A stretch of 50,098 nt of DNA from Thermoleophilaceae bacterium (GCA_051003875.1 JBPCKX010000083.1:1-50098); one strand, 5' to 3'; positions 1 to 8,057 are shown, counted from the first letter of the stretch. Notes: a model not told the origin generated them from the sequence alone. A program made the numbers and translations.

Positions 1-71
1 ACGACGAGCAGCTCGATGAGGGTGAAGCCCTGCTCCTCGCTCCGTATCCGTGTGTTGAGCTTTCGCAGCAT
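1..71 (-). CDS. type IV pilin, N-terminal fragment (gene runs off the window start)
   Basis: Minus strand from ATG 71..69 reads MLRKLNTRIRSEEQG|FTLIELLVV. This is a basic leader with Gly-1/Phe+1/Glu+5, the prepilin (class III) signal. AGGAGG (rc of 76-81) lies just upstream. Confidence 0.7.
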   Translation of the reverse strand, partial: MLRKLNTRIRSEEQGFTLIELLV

Positions 72-184
72 GAATCCTCCTTGAGGGCGAGACTGTGGGT
101 TGGTCTGGTGGTCAGTTGATCGGCCGCGGAGGCGTCGCGCTTGACTGCGGCGGCCCGTAAACCGGCAACTGGCCCATCAACGCC

Positions 185-214
185 GAGAGGGCGGGCCTCG
201 CGGCCCGCCCTCTC
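185..214 (-). terminator. stem-loop terminator downstream of the pilin gene
   Basis: Perfect 12-bp inverted repeat gagagggcgggc (185-196) / gcccgccctctc (203-214) with a 6-nt loop, about 22 nt after the pilin stop at 237. There is no strong U-tract. Confidence 0.55.
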
Positions 215-236
215 TCGCTACCGGACTGCGATGGAG

Positions 237-689
237 CTACCAGCTGCTTCCGTCGCAGCCGCCGTTGCTCGCGCCGGCGCTGGTGCAGCTACGCGTGCTC
301 GTGCCGTCCGAGGCCTTGATGATCGAGAACGTGTTACCGCTCTTCGAGGCCCCCGTGATCGTGTACGTGTCGGCAGCCGAGGAGACAACCGACACCTCGT
401 CGCTGCTGCCCGCAGGCGCGCCGGTAACGACATTCAGGCCCGTGTTACCGAGGGCAGCCACCGTGTTGCAGCTTGAGTAGGCCTGCTTCTGCGCGTAACA
501 CGACTCGACCTGAGAGACGAGGTTACGGGCGTTGGACTTCGCCGAGCCGTCCTGACCCTTGGCGCGCTGGCCAAGGAACGCCGGCAGGGCGATCGCGGCC
601 AGGATGCCAATGATCAAGATCACTACCAGGAGCTCGATGAGGGTGAAACCCTTCTCGGACTCCATACGCTCTCTGAACTTCCGCAGCAT
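237..689 (-). CDS. pilA: type IV pilin (PilA-like major pilin candidate)
   Basis: 150 aa: MLRKFRERMESEKG|FTLIELLVVILIIGILAAIALPAF, with prepilin cleavage motif and Glu+5. Ser/Thr-rich C-terminal half with two Cys pairs (CYAQKQAYSSC, CTSAGASNGGC). AGGAGG upstream and a hairpin downstream. Confidence 0.9.
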   Translation of the reverse strand: MLRKFRERMESEKGFTLIELLVVILIIGILAAIALPAFLGQRAKGQDGSAKSNARNLVSQVESCYAQKQAYSSCNTVAALGNTGLNVVTGAPAGSSDEVSVVSSAADTYTITGASKSGNTFSIIKASDGTSTRSCTSAGASNGGCDGSSW

Positions 690-1012
690 GTGATGCCTCC
701 TCTTTGAGGATTGGTATTGGTCTGGGCGCCAGCTGCGGAGGTGAGCCGTCCTCGAATGAGTCTGGTGGTAGCTCGGCCGGCTCCAGCACTCGGATGACAG
801 TCCTTGCGTTGGAGGCCCCGGAGCTTTGCGTCCCCGCCTCGCGACGGGTTTGCCTTTTCACCGTGCCTCTGGCTTGCCCTCTTGATCGACCGATGCCGGG
901 CGTCCCTTTACCGGACCGCCCCGATCAGATCGTCCATCCGTCCAGGGGCGTCGTGCCGGACGTGCCGGAGCCGCACCTCAAGTCCCCGTCCGCGTGAGCC
1001 GATCTGCCTCTT

Positions 1013-2248
1013 ATGAAAACGGCGTTCAGGGTAGCTGCGGTGTTGGCCACCCTCGCCTTCACTGCGCGGGCCGCGCAGGGGATGGAGCCGGGACTCGATT
1101 ACTTCCACGACGCGGGTGGCGCGATCGACTCGCTCGTGCGCTGGGATCTCACAGGCTTCTTCGCAAGCCAGCCCCTCATGGGAAGCTTCTCGCTTCTGGT
1201 TCGGGCCCCGTTCGTGGCGCTCGTCTTCCACGGCAGCGCGTCGACGGTCTACTTCGCGGGGGCGATCCCGTGCCTGCTTGCGACCCTCATCCTGGGCGCC
1301 GCCCTGGCGAGGCTCGTAGCCGACCACGGTCAGCCCCCGGCCGTTCAGGGTGTCGTGGCCGGACTGGCGATCATCAATCCGATCACCTTCAAGGCCCTCC
1401 ACTGGGGCCATCCGGAGGAGCTGCTGACCGCGGCCCTCTGTGTCGGGGCCGTCCTCGCCGCGATGAGGCAGCGCACGATCCTCGCGGGCGTGCTGCTCGG
1501 GCTTGCGCTCGCCACGAAGCAGTGGGCGCTGATCGCCGTCCTGCCGGTGCTGCTGGCCGCGCCGGCGTGTCAGCTGCGCCTTGGCGCCGTGGCGGCCATG
1601 ACGGCGTGCCTGCTGACGCTGCCGATGCTGCTGGGAAACCCCGGCCAGTTCGGATCGGTCACCGAGGCCGCAACCGGAGCGGTGTCCGCCGGGAGCCGGA
1701 CCACTCCATGGAACGTCTGGTGGCCGATCGCACAAGCCACGGAGCTCTCCGACGGGCGACTGCTCTACGTCGGTCCAGCCTGGGTTGCGAGGGTCTCGCA
1801 CCCCGCAATCATCGCTGTCGGGCTTCCGCTCGCACTGCTCCTGTGGCGGCGGCAGGGGCGGCGCGCGGATGACGCGCTTCTGCTCATGGCCTTGCTCTTC
1901 TTGCTCCGGTGCCTGCTGGACAACTGGAACGGCGACTACTACCACGCTCCGTTCCTGCTGTCACTGCTCGCCTGGGAGGCGACGCGCCGACCGGGGTTGC
2001 CGTACCTGTCGATGGCCGTGGTCGGGGCCCTGTCGCTCAGCTTCTGGCCTTACTCCACGAGGGTCTTCACCGACTCGGCACCGTACGCAGCCACATTGAA
2101 CGCCGTCTACCTCGCCTGGACCCTGCCCCTCGCAGCCTACCTGGCGATCCGGCTCTACTGGCCCGATCGGGCCTCCGACGTCGCTGACCGCCTCGACGGC
2201 TACCAACGTTTCGCAATAGTCAGGCGGTCACAGCGCCCGGCGCACTAG
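1013..2248 (+). CDS. polytopic integral membrane protein, GT-C-fold glycosyltransferase-like (DUF2029/GT87-like guess)
   Basis: 411 aa with many hydrophobic helices. An acidic first loop (GLDYFHDAGGAIDSLVRWD) and HWGHPEEL resemble GT-C lipid-linked-sugar transferases. Divergently transcribed from pilA. The family assignment was not verified. Confidence 0.5.
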   Translation: MKTAFRVAAVLATLAFTARAAQGMEPGLDYFHDAGGAIDSLVRWDLTGFFASQPLMGSFSLLVRAPFVALVFHGSASTVYFAGAIPCLLATLILGAALARLVADHGQPPAVQGVVAGLAIINPITFKALHWGHPEELLTAALCVGAVLAAMRQRTILAGVLLGLALATKQWALIAVLPVLLAAPACQLRLGAVAAMTACLLTLPMLLGNPGQFGSVTEAATGAVSAGSRTTPWNVWWPIAQATELSDGRLLYVGPAWVARVSHPAIIAVGLPLALLLWRRQGRRADDALLLMALLFLLRCLLDNWNGDYYHAPFLLSLLAWEATRRPGLPYLSMAVVGALSLSFWPYSTRVFTDSAPYAATLNAVYLAWTLPLAAYLAIRLYWPDRASDVADRLDGYQRFAIVRRSQRPAH

Positions 2249-2258
2249 CATCGTCGCT

Positions 2259-2681
2259 GTGGAGCTCCGGCGCGCCCTCCTCCTGTTCGCGATCGTGCTC
2301 GGCCTCGCCGCGATCGCGACCTCGCTCTCCGGGCCGTCGGAGGGAGGCGAGGATGCCGCTCCGATCCCGCCCGTGCAGCAGGCGCCGCCGGCGACCGAGC
2401 GGACCGGGGAGACCGAGCTCGTGACGATCCCCTTCTCCACGCGCGGGGACAGGCGCACCGCGCTGCTCGCGGCGGGCCGCGCGGCCGTCGTCACCGTGGA
2501 GGTGACGCGCCCCGGTGAGGTCGAGCTGCGCGGGCTCGGCCTCAGCGCACCCGCCGAGCCGCTGACCGCCGCGCGCTTCGAGTTCTTCGGGCGCCGAACC
2601 GGAACCTACGACGTGCGCTTCACCCCGGTGGCCGGCGAGCCGCGCACGATCGGCAAGCTGCGGGTCCTGGGAGCCGGCTGA
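2259..2681 (+). CDS. hypothetical membrane-anchored/secreted protein
   Basis: 140 aa with an N-terminal hydrophobic helix (LLLFAIVLGLAAIATSL), GTG start 10 nt after the preceding stop. No recognisable domain. Confidence 0.5.
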   Translation: MELRRALLLFAIVLGLAAIATSLSGPSEGGEDAAPIPPVQQAPPATERTGETELVTIPFSTRGDRRTALLAAGRAAVVTVEVTRPGEVELRGLGLSAPAEPLTAARFEFFGRRTGTYDVRFTPVAGEPRTIGKLRVLGAG

Positions 2682-2727
2682 TCCTCGCGGAGCCGGAGCG
2701 ACCGCGGACTCCAGAGCGCCCGCGTGC

Positions 2728-3248
2728 TCACCCGGTCGACTTCATCTTGCGCGTGTCGCGCGGCTCTACGAACGGCTCGCGGTCGGGCGGCCGGCCCTGC
2801 TCCATCCGCCTGCCGGGCTCGAGCTCGGCGTTCAGCTTGGCGCCGAGCAGGACGGCGACGTTCGAGATCCAGAGCCAGACGAGGAACGAGACGGCGCCGC
2901 CGAGCGCCCCGTAGGTCTCGTTGTAGGAGCCGAAGTTGCCAACGTAGAACGCGAACGCCGCCGAGGCCGCGAGCCAGATCAGGACCGCGAGGATCCCGCC
3001 CGGGCTGATCCAGCGGAAGCCCGCCTGCTTCACGTTCGGCGCCACCCAGTAGAGGAAGGCGACATCAGGCTCACGATCAGGATCAGGACCGGCCACTTGG
3101 CGATGCCGATCCACGACGTGGGCTCCAGCTCGGCGGGACCGGCCGGCCCGCCCTGATCGACGGCGGGTTCGGCCGCGCGCCGCCCTGCTGCGCTCCCGCG
3201 CCGAGAGCCGGCCGCTTCAGCGCCGCCGTCGGGCGGGCCCGCGGACAC
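2728..3248 (-). pseudogene. YihY/BrkB-family membrane protein remnant (N-terminally truncated and frameshifted)
   Basis: ORF 2728..3114 carries a YihY-like C-terminus (FLYWVAPNVKQ...YNETYGALGGAVSFLVWLWISNVAVLLGAKLNAE). The preceding helix (IAKWPVLILIVSLM) is in another frame (ORF 3030..3248), so there is a 1-nt frame change near 3060-3070. Total coding potential is about 173 aa versus about 300 aa expected for the family. Confidence 0.6.
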
Positions 3249-3257
3249 GGGCGCCGC

Positions 3258-3539
3258 TCAGTCGCCCGGCCAGACCCCGGTCATCCGCCGGAACGCGACC
3301 GCGCCGCCACGGTTTATCGATGCGCGCACGAGCGCGAAGATCGCCCCCTCGAGCGCGGCGGCGGGCAGGACCTCGCGCCAGCCGTAGTCACTGTCGGTCG
3401 GGCTCGGCACCTCGTCCTCGTCGGCGATCCGCTTCCAGATCTGCTTGAAGACGGCGCCGCCGAGCAGCCCGCCGAGCACGCCGAAGAGGAGACCGAGCGG
3501 CTTGTAGACGAACTTCATGATCGGCATCTTACCCAGCAC
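3258..3539 (-). CDS. DUF4235 domain protein
   Basis: 93 aa: MKFVYKPLGLLFGVLGGLLGGAVFKQIWKRI...GWREVLPAAALEGAIFALVRASINRGGAVAFRRMTGVWPG, matching the DUF4235 pattern from memory. The start may be the internal ATG at 3518. Confidence 0.75.
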   Translation of the reverse strand: MLGKMPIMKFVYKPLGLLFGVLGGLLGGAVFKQIWKRIADEDEVPSPTDSDYGWREVLPAAALEGAIFALVRASINRGGAVAFRRMTGVWPGD

Positions 3540-3584
3540 CGGGCGGGCTCAACCGGGCCGGCGCCCCCGGGCTCCTCGCGCCGG

Positions 3585-3630
3585 ACCTGGACGACCTCGA
3601 GCACCCATGTCATGCGTCAGGTCGTCCAGG
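3585..3630. repeat. dispersed hairpin element, copy A (13/12-bp stem, 21-nt loop)
   Basis: acctggacgacct (3585-3597) / aggtcgtccagg (3619-3630). Same stem and 15/21 identical loop positions as copy B at 37504-37550. Confidence 0.8.
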
Positions 3631-3978
3631 CGTCGCTCGCAGCTCGAGACCGGGACGCGCTCGAAGTGGCGGGCGTTCCGAGCGGGGCGACCTCCGCAAC
3701 CGGTGGTCCCCTCACGCCGGCTTTGTCGCAGTTTTGAAAGATTGCGAGGAGCTCCAGACGACTTCGATTTCTCCACCATGCGCGCAGGGGTCTCATGCAA
3801 AGCGAGCAGGACCTGCATGCGGGAGGCGTCGAGCCCTCGCAGTCGCTTCTTACGGAACTCCTCGCGAACAAGAGCCACTGCATCAAGGTCTCGCGCCGAC
3901 GGATTCATAGTCATGACCGCGGGACGGCACTCAGAGGACTTGCCAATTTGCGAAATCTGACTGCAAAACGCCAAATCA

Positions 3979-4488
3979 ATGTATGGTCTGGGAATGGGAC
4001 GAGCGCGTGGACGCACAGATTCGGAGGCCCTCGCAGTAGCGGGCGTAGCTCTGCGTAGCGCTTCACCGGACGACACGGAGGCGCTCGCCGCCGCGGTCCG
4101 GGAGGCGCGCGAGGAAATCGAGCGGGCTCTCGCGGAGCATCACCCGCATTACTCGAAGACCGAGGCCGCGGAGCTCCTGGAGGTCAGCGTCCCGACGCTC
4201 GACAAGTGGATTGCCCAGGGCCTGCTGCCAACGGAGGAGGTCGAAGAGTACAAGCGCCCGCGCGTTCCCGCCGAGCCCTTGCTCACACTCGCCGGCGAAG
4301 TCAAGGAGCTGCGTCGGCTCGGGCACAAGCAAGGCCTGCTGGCAGAAGCTCTCCTACGCCTCGAACAAGAGGACCCCGAGTGGGCCGAAGAGTTCAACGA
4401 ACTCTACGGTCCGGGCCTGCGCGCGATGCAAGAGGATGCCCAATACGTCTCAGCCGCGCCCGGCCCCGACTGGCATCCAGACGATTAG
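3979..4488 (+). CDS. putative antitoxin, excisionase/MerR-type HTH DNA-binding protein
   Basis: 169 aa with HTH segment YSKTEAAELLEVSVPTLDKWIAQGLLP. Sits 8 nt upstream of a RelE/ParE-like ORF, with an A/T-richer promoter region upstream. The start codon is uncertain (several in-frame ATGs). Confidence 0.55.
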   Translation: MYGLGMGRARGRTDSEALAVAGVALRSASPDDTEALAAAVREAREEIERALAEHHPHYSKTEAAELLEVSVPTLDKWIAQGLLPTEEVEEYKRPRVPAEPLLTLAGEVKELRRLGHKQGLLAEALLRLEQEDPEWAEEFNELYGPGLRAMQEDAQYVSAAPGPDWHPDD

Positions 4489-4496
4489 GGCCCACG

Positions 4497-4961
4497 ATGT
4501 GGGATGTCATCGTGCGCACGCCCGTGCGCCCACTGGTCGATGCAGTGGCGGGCAAGCGAATCGGATACGGCGCGGCCTTCGGTCAGCTCTGCGCTGACCC
4601 GTGCGCATCCTTTCCGACGGCGGATGGCACGACGAGACCGTTCGCCTACCGCCTCTCAGGTCCGCTCGGCAAGAAAGTCTGCGGACTTCATCTCAAGCGC
4701 GGTTACCGGCTTGCCTTCACGATGCGCCCTGCCGAGAGCCCAGAGCATGAAGGAATCGTCGAGATTCTCTACGTGGGCGAGCGAGACACGCGGCAGCGCT
4801 CAAGGGACGCTTGGACCGTCGTCCATCACATCTTCGGCGAGATGAACCCACTGTCCGGTCACCTGCGGCCACCTTGCTGCGAAGAGGGGCTTCCAGAGAT
4901 AGACGAGCAGGAGCTCCTCGAAGTCATGGACCGCCTGCGCCGCTTTCAGCTCAAGCGATAA
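4497..4961 (+). CDS. RelE/ParE-superfamily toxin-like protein with a C-terminal extension
   Basis: ATG at 4497, in frame within ORF 4206..4961. LSGPLGKKVCGLHLKRGYRLAFTMRP...GIVEILYVGERD aligns by eye to the RelE core (L.G....Y.I.LR.SGYRLVY....VV.VI.VGKRE). About 45 extra C-terminal residues. Confidence 0.6.
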   Translation: MWDVIVRTPVRPLVDAVAGKRIGYGAAFGQLCADPCASFPTADGTTRPFAYRLSGPLGKKVCGLHLKRGYRLAFTMRPAESPEHEGIVEILYVGERDTRQRSRDAWTVVHHIFGEMNPLSGHLRPPCCEEGLPEIDEQELLEVMDRLRRFQLKR

Positions 4962-5129
4962 GACCCCTCGACCCACACGGCTCGCACCGCGTCCGGGCTG
5001 CTCGATGCGCTCCCCGAGCGCTTGGAAGTGGGCGCAATACAGCACGCTGGCGTCGCATCTCCCAACCATCACGCGAGAGCTTGCCTCGTGCAGCTCAAGC
5101 CTCAGTGGCACTGCGGACCGGCCAAGCCG

Positions 5130-5577
5130 CCGAAGCCGCAGCCGAGGAGCCGAGCGCCGAGCGCATCGAGCAAGACACGAGGGACTTCATCATCGACACG
5201 CTCCTCCGAGAGCTCGAAGGAGCACAGTTCGAGCACTTCGTGGCATCATCGCTTACCGAGACCCGCTTGGCCTGGAGCCGCCCATTATCAAGGTCCAGTG
5301 CAAGCGCACGACGGGCAGTACGGGAGGGCCGGATGTCCAGAAGCTGATGGGGACCCTCGCCGCCAACGGGTCCGAGCTCGGGCTGTTCGTCACCCTGGGC
5401 TCCTACTCAACCGATGCCCGAAACATCGGGCGCAGCCGACAGGACGTGCGCCTCATCAACGGCAACGAGTTCGTCAACCTCGTCTTCCAGCACTACGACA
5501 AGTTCAGCCCCGTGTACAAGCGCCTCCTCCCCATGCGCTCGGTCTACGTCGTAGACCGAGACTCGGACGGAACCTAG
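5130..5577 (+). pseudogene. Mrr-type restriction endonuclease remnant (internal deletion plus frameshift)
   Basis: Frame 1 (ORF 4811..) ends ...ERIEQDTRDFIIDTLLRELEGAQFEHFV. Frame 2 (ORF 5005..) continues GIIAYRDPLGLEPPIIKVQCKRTTGSTGGPDVQKLMGTLAANGSELGLFVTLGSYSTDARNIGRSRQDVRLINGNEFVNLV. The junction is near 5240-5243. The segment that normally carries the catalytic GDGG(I/V)D is missing. Confidence 0.7.
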
Positions 5578-5630
5578 GGCATCGGTCCCAAGAGCGCCAC
5601 AGCGATGGCGGCCTCGCCGTTCACGCGGAA

Positions 5631-5696
5631 CTCGCATTTTACGCGAGCAAACGGCGTTTCTCGCATCTCACTCGCAAATTTGGCGAGCGGCTCGCA
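5631..5696. repeat. array of CTCGCA / GCGAG motifs (candidate protein-binding array or convergent terminators)
   Basis: CTCGCA at 5631, 5660, 5671 and 5691; inverted (C)GCGAG at 5642 and 5683. These form two small hairpins (ctcgcattttacgcgag, ctcgcaaatttggcgag). Lies between the Mrr remnant end and the pilC end. Confidence 0.5.
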
Positions 5697-5718
5697 TCCT
5701 GCTCAGCGGCGACGCGGC

Positions 5719-6933
5719 TTACCTGATCTGGTCGTAGACCTTGAACATCGGCAGGTACATCGAGATCACGATGAAACCGACCATGGCGCCCACGACCATG
5801 ATCATGACGGGCTCGAGTATCGACGTCAGCGCCTTCATCGCGGCCGCCACCTGATCCTCGTAGAAGTCGGCGATCTTCGAGAGCATGGTCTCCAGGGCGC
5901 CCGTCTCCTCCCCCACTCCGATCATCTGCGTGACCATCACGGGAAAGGCCTCCGGTACGCCGCGCATCGGTGCGCTCAGCGTGCCGCCCTTCATCACCGA
6001 GTCGTGCACATCGTCCATGGCCATCTCGATCACGCGATTGCCCGAGGTTCGCCCGGTGATGTCGATCGCCTCCAGCATCGGCACCCCGGCGGCGATCAAC
6101 CCTGAGAACGTGCGCGAGAAGCGGGCGAGCGCGACCTTCTGGACGATGTCGCCGATCTTCATCGGGATCTTGAGCTTGAAGCGGTCCCACTGCACGCGCC
6201 CCTTTTCGCTGTTCTTCCACTTACGGAAGGCGTAGACGATTGCGACCGTGCCTCCAATGAGCACGTACCAGCGTCCGGTGAGCAGGTGCGACAGGAAGAC
6301 GGTGAACTTGGTGATGGCCGGCAGCTCCCCGCCGAAGTCCTCGAAGACCTTCTCGAACACGGGAATGAGGAATGCGATCAGGGCGATCATGGTCACGAGC
6401 GCAAAGCCGCCGATCAACGACGGATAGATCAGCGCGGCCTTGACCTGGCGCCGGAGCGCGTCGTCCTTCTCGAGCTGATCGGCCACCCGTATCAGCGTCG
6501 AGTCGAGGATGCCACCCGTCTCCCCGGCGGCCACCATCGCCACGTAGAGCTCGTTGAATACCTTCGGGTGGCGCTTCAGGCCCTCGGATAGCGACAGCCC
6601 CGCCTCGACGTCCTTGCGCACCTCGATGAACGCGTCACGCAGCGGGTCGCTCTCGGTCTGCTCCTCGATCACGTAGAGCGCGCGCAGAAGCGACATCCCC
6701 GAGGAGACCATCGTCGAAAGCTGTCGTGTGGCGATCGTGAGCTCGTCCGACTTCACCTTCTTGAAGCGCGCGAAGATGTCTCCGATGTCGGTGGGCTTCT
6801 GCTCCACGATGTCGAGGACGATCAGTCCCTTGCCGCGCAGCTGGGAGGCCACCGCCTGCTTGTTCTCGGCATCGACCTCGCCCCGGGTCGGAACCCCCGC
6901 GAGATCGAGCGCCTTGAAGGCGAAGGACGCCAC
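5719..6933 (-). CDS. pilC: type IV pilus assembly platform protein PilC (GspF family)
   Basis: 404 aa. Two GspF-type repeats with three TM segments; typical N-terminus MASFAFKALDLAGVPTRGEVDAENKQAVASQLRGKGL. Confidence 0.9.
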   Translation of the reverse strand: MASFAFKALDLAGVPTRGEVDAENKQAVASQLRGKGLIVLDIVEQKPTDIGDIFARFKKVKSDELTIATRQLSTMVSSGMSLLRALYVIEEQTESDPLRDAFIEVRKDVEAGLSLSEGLKRHPKVFNELYVAMVAAGETGGILDSTLIRVADQLEKDDALRRQVKAALIYPSLIGGFALVTMIALIAFLIPVFEKVFEDFGGELPAITKFTVFLSHLLTGRWYVLIGGTVAIVYAFRKWKNSEKGRVQWDRFKLKIPMKIGDIVQKVALARFSRTFSGLIAAGVPMLEAIDITGRTSGNRVIEMAMDDVHDSVMKGGTLSAPMRGVPEAFPVMVTQMIGVGEETGALETMLSKIADFYEDQVAAAMKALTSILEPVMIMVVGAMVGFIVISMYLPMFKVYDQIR

Positions 6934-6936
6934 GGC

Positions 6937-8013
6937 CTACGCGGCCCTCATGGTGCCCATGAGGCGGCGCAGCTCCTCGGGCGATGATGAGCGACCCTCC
7001 GCCAGCTGGCGGGTGATCTTGTTGCGACGCACGAGGTCCACGAGCGAGGCGTCCATCGTCTGCATCCCGTGCGTGCCGCCGGTCTGGAGCGCCGAGTAGA
7101 TCTGATGGGTCTTGCCCTCCCGGATCAGGTTTCGAACGGCGGGTGTCGGCACGAGCACCTCCGTCGCGCAGCAGCGCGACAGGCCGTCGACGGTCGGGAG
7201 GAGCTGCTGGGAGACGATGCCCTGGAGCGCCACCGAGAGCTGCACGCGCACCTGTTGCTGCTGGGACGGCGGGAATACGTCGACTATCCGGTCGACCGTC
7301 TGCGCGGTGTCCTGGGTGTGCAGCGTGGCGAACACCAGATGGCCTGTCTCCGCGGCGGTAAGGGCCGTAGAGATGGTGTCGAGGTCGCGCATCTCGCCCA
7401 CGAGGATCACGTCCGGGTCCTGGCGCAGCGCCGCCTTGAGCGCAAGCGCGAAGCTCTGGGCGTCGGCGCCCAGCTCGCGCTGGTTGACGATGCAGCTCTT
7501 GTGCTTGTGGAGGAACTCGATCGGATCCTCGATGGTCATGATGTGCTCGTGGCGCTTCTCGTTGATCAGGTCGATCATCGCGGCCAGCGTGGTGGACTTG
7601 CCCGACCCGGTCGGGCCGGTCACGAGCACGAAGCCACGGGGCTTCTCGGTAAAGTCCCGCAGGATCGGTGGCAGTCCCAGATCGCCGAGCGCGGGCATGC
7701 TCTGCGGGATGAGCCGGAACGCCGCGCCGATCGAGGCACGCTGGAAGTAGGCGTTCACGCGGAAACGCGCCCTGCCGGGAATCGAGTAGGCGAGGTCGAT
7801 CTGCCAGTCGGTCTCGAGGCGCTGACGCTGATCGTTGGTCAGGATCGAGTAGACGATCTCGCGTACGACCTGCGGGGTCAGGGGCTCGTAGCCGGGAAGC
7901 GCGCTGAGTTGGCCCCGCTCGCGCACCATCGGGGGCGAGCCGGCCGTCATGTGAAGGTCGGATGCGTTGCGACGCATCACCTCGAGCAGCACCTCTGCGA
8001 AGTCCAGTTCCAT
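6937..8013 (-). CDS. pilT: type IV pilus retraction ATPase PilT
   Basis: 358 aa with the PilT-like N-terminus (NASDLHMTAGSPPMVRERG), Walker A GPTGSGKST and Walker B ILVGEMRD. No GspE N-terminal domain. Confidence 0.9.
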   Translation of the reverse strand: MELDFAEVLLEVMRRNASDLHMTAGSPPMVRERGQLSALPGYEPLTPQVVREIVYSILTNDQRQRLETDWQIDLAYSIPGRARFRVNAYFQRASIGAAFRLIPQSMPALGDLGLPPILRDFTEKPRGFVLVTGPTGSGKSTTLAAMIDLINEKRHEHIMTIEDPIEFLHKHKSCIVNQRELGADAQSFALALKAALRQDPDVILVGEMRDLDTISTALTAAETGHLVFATLHTQDTAQTVDRIVDVFPPSQQQQVRVQLSVALQGIVSQQLLPTVDGLSRCCATEVLVPTPAVRNLIREGKTHQIYSALQTGGTHGMQTMDASLVDLVRRNKITRQLAEGRSSSPEELRRLMGTMRAA

Positions 8014-8057
8014 CTTTCCCCTATCGGCGTGTCCCGCCGGAACCTGAGCGAGTGCGC

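Noticed and set aside
690-780. Sigma-54 promoter upstream of the pilin genes (CTGGCGCCCAGACCAAT).
   Set aside because: It does not fit TGGCAC-N5-TTGC at the -12 element. The second pilin upstream region lacks even the TGGC part, and no enhancer-binding protein is nearby. Only a conserved leader is reported.
3549-3914. Minus-strand ORF divergent from the TA pair. Its first roughly 60 aa (MTMNPSARDLDAVALVREEFRKKRLRGLDASRMQVLLALHETPARMVE) faintly resemble the R..F...G.D...IQ.LLGH box of tyrosine recombinase C-termini or a MarR-like helix.
   Set aside because: The similarity is only a few spaced residues and the catalytic Tyr context is missing. The C-terminal half is junk-like and is encoded by the hairpin repeat. 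I cannot support an integrase-remnant call without a profile search.
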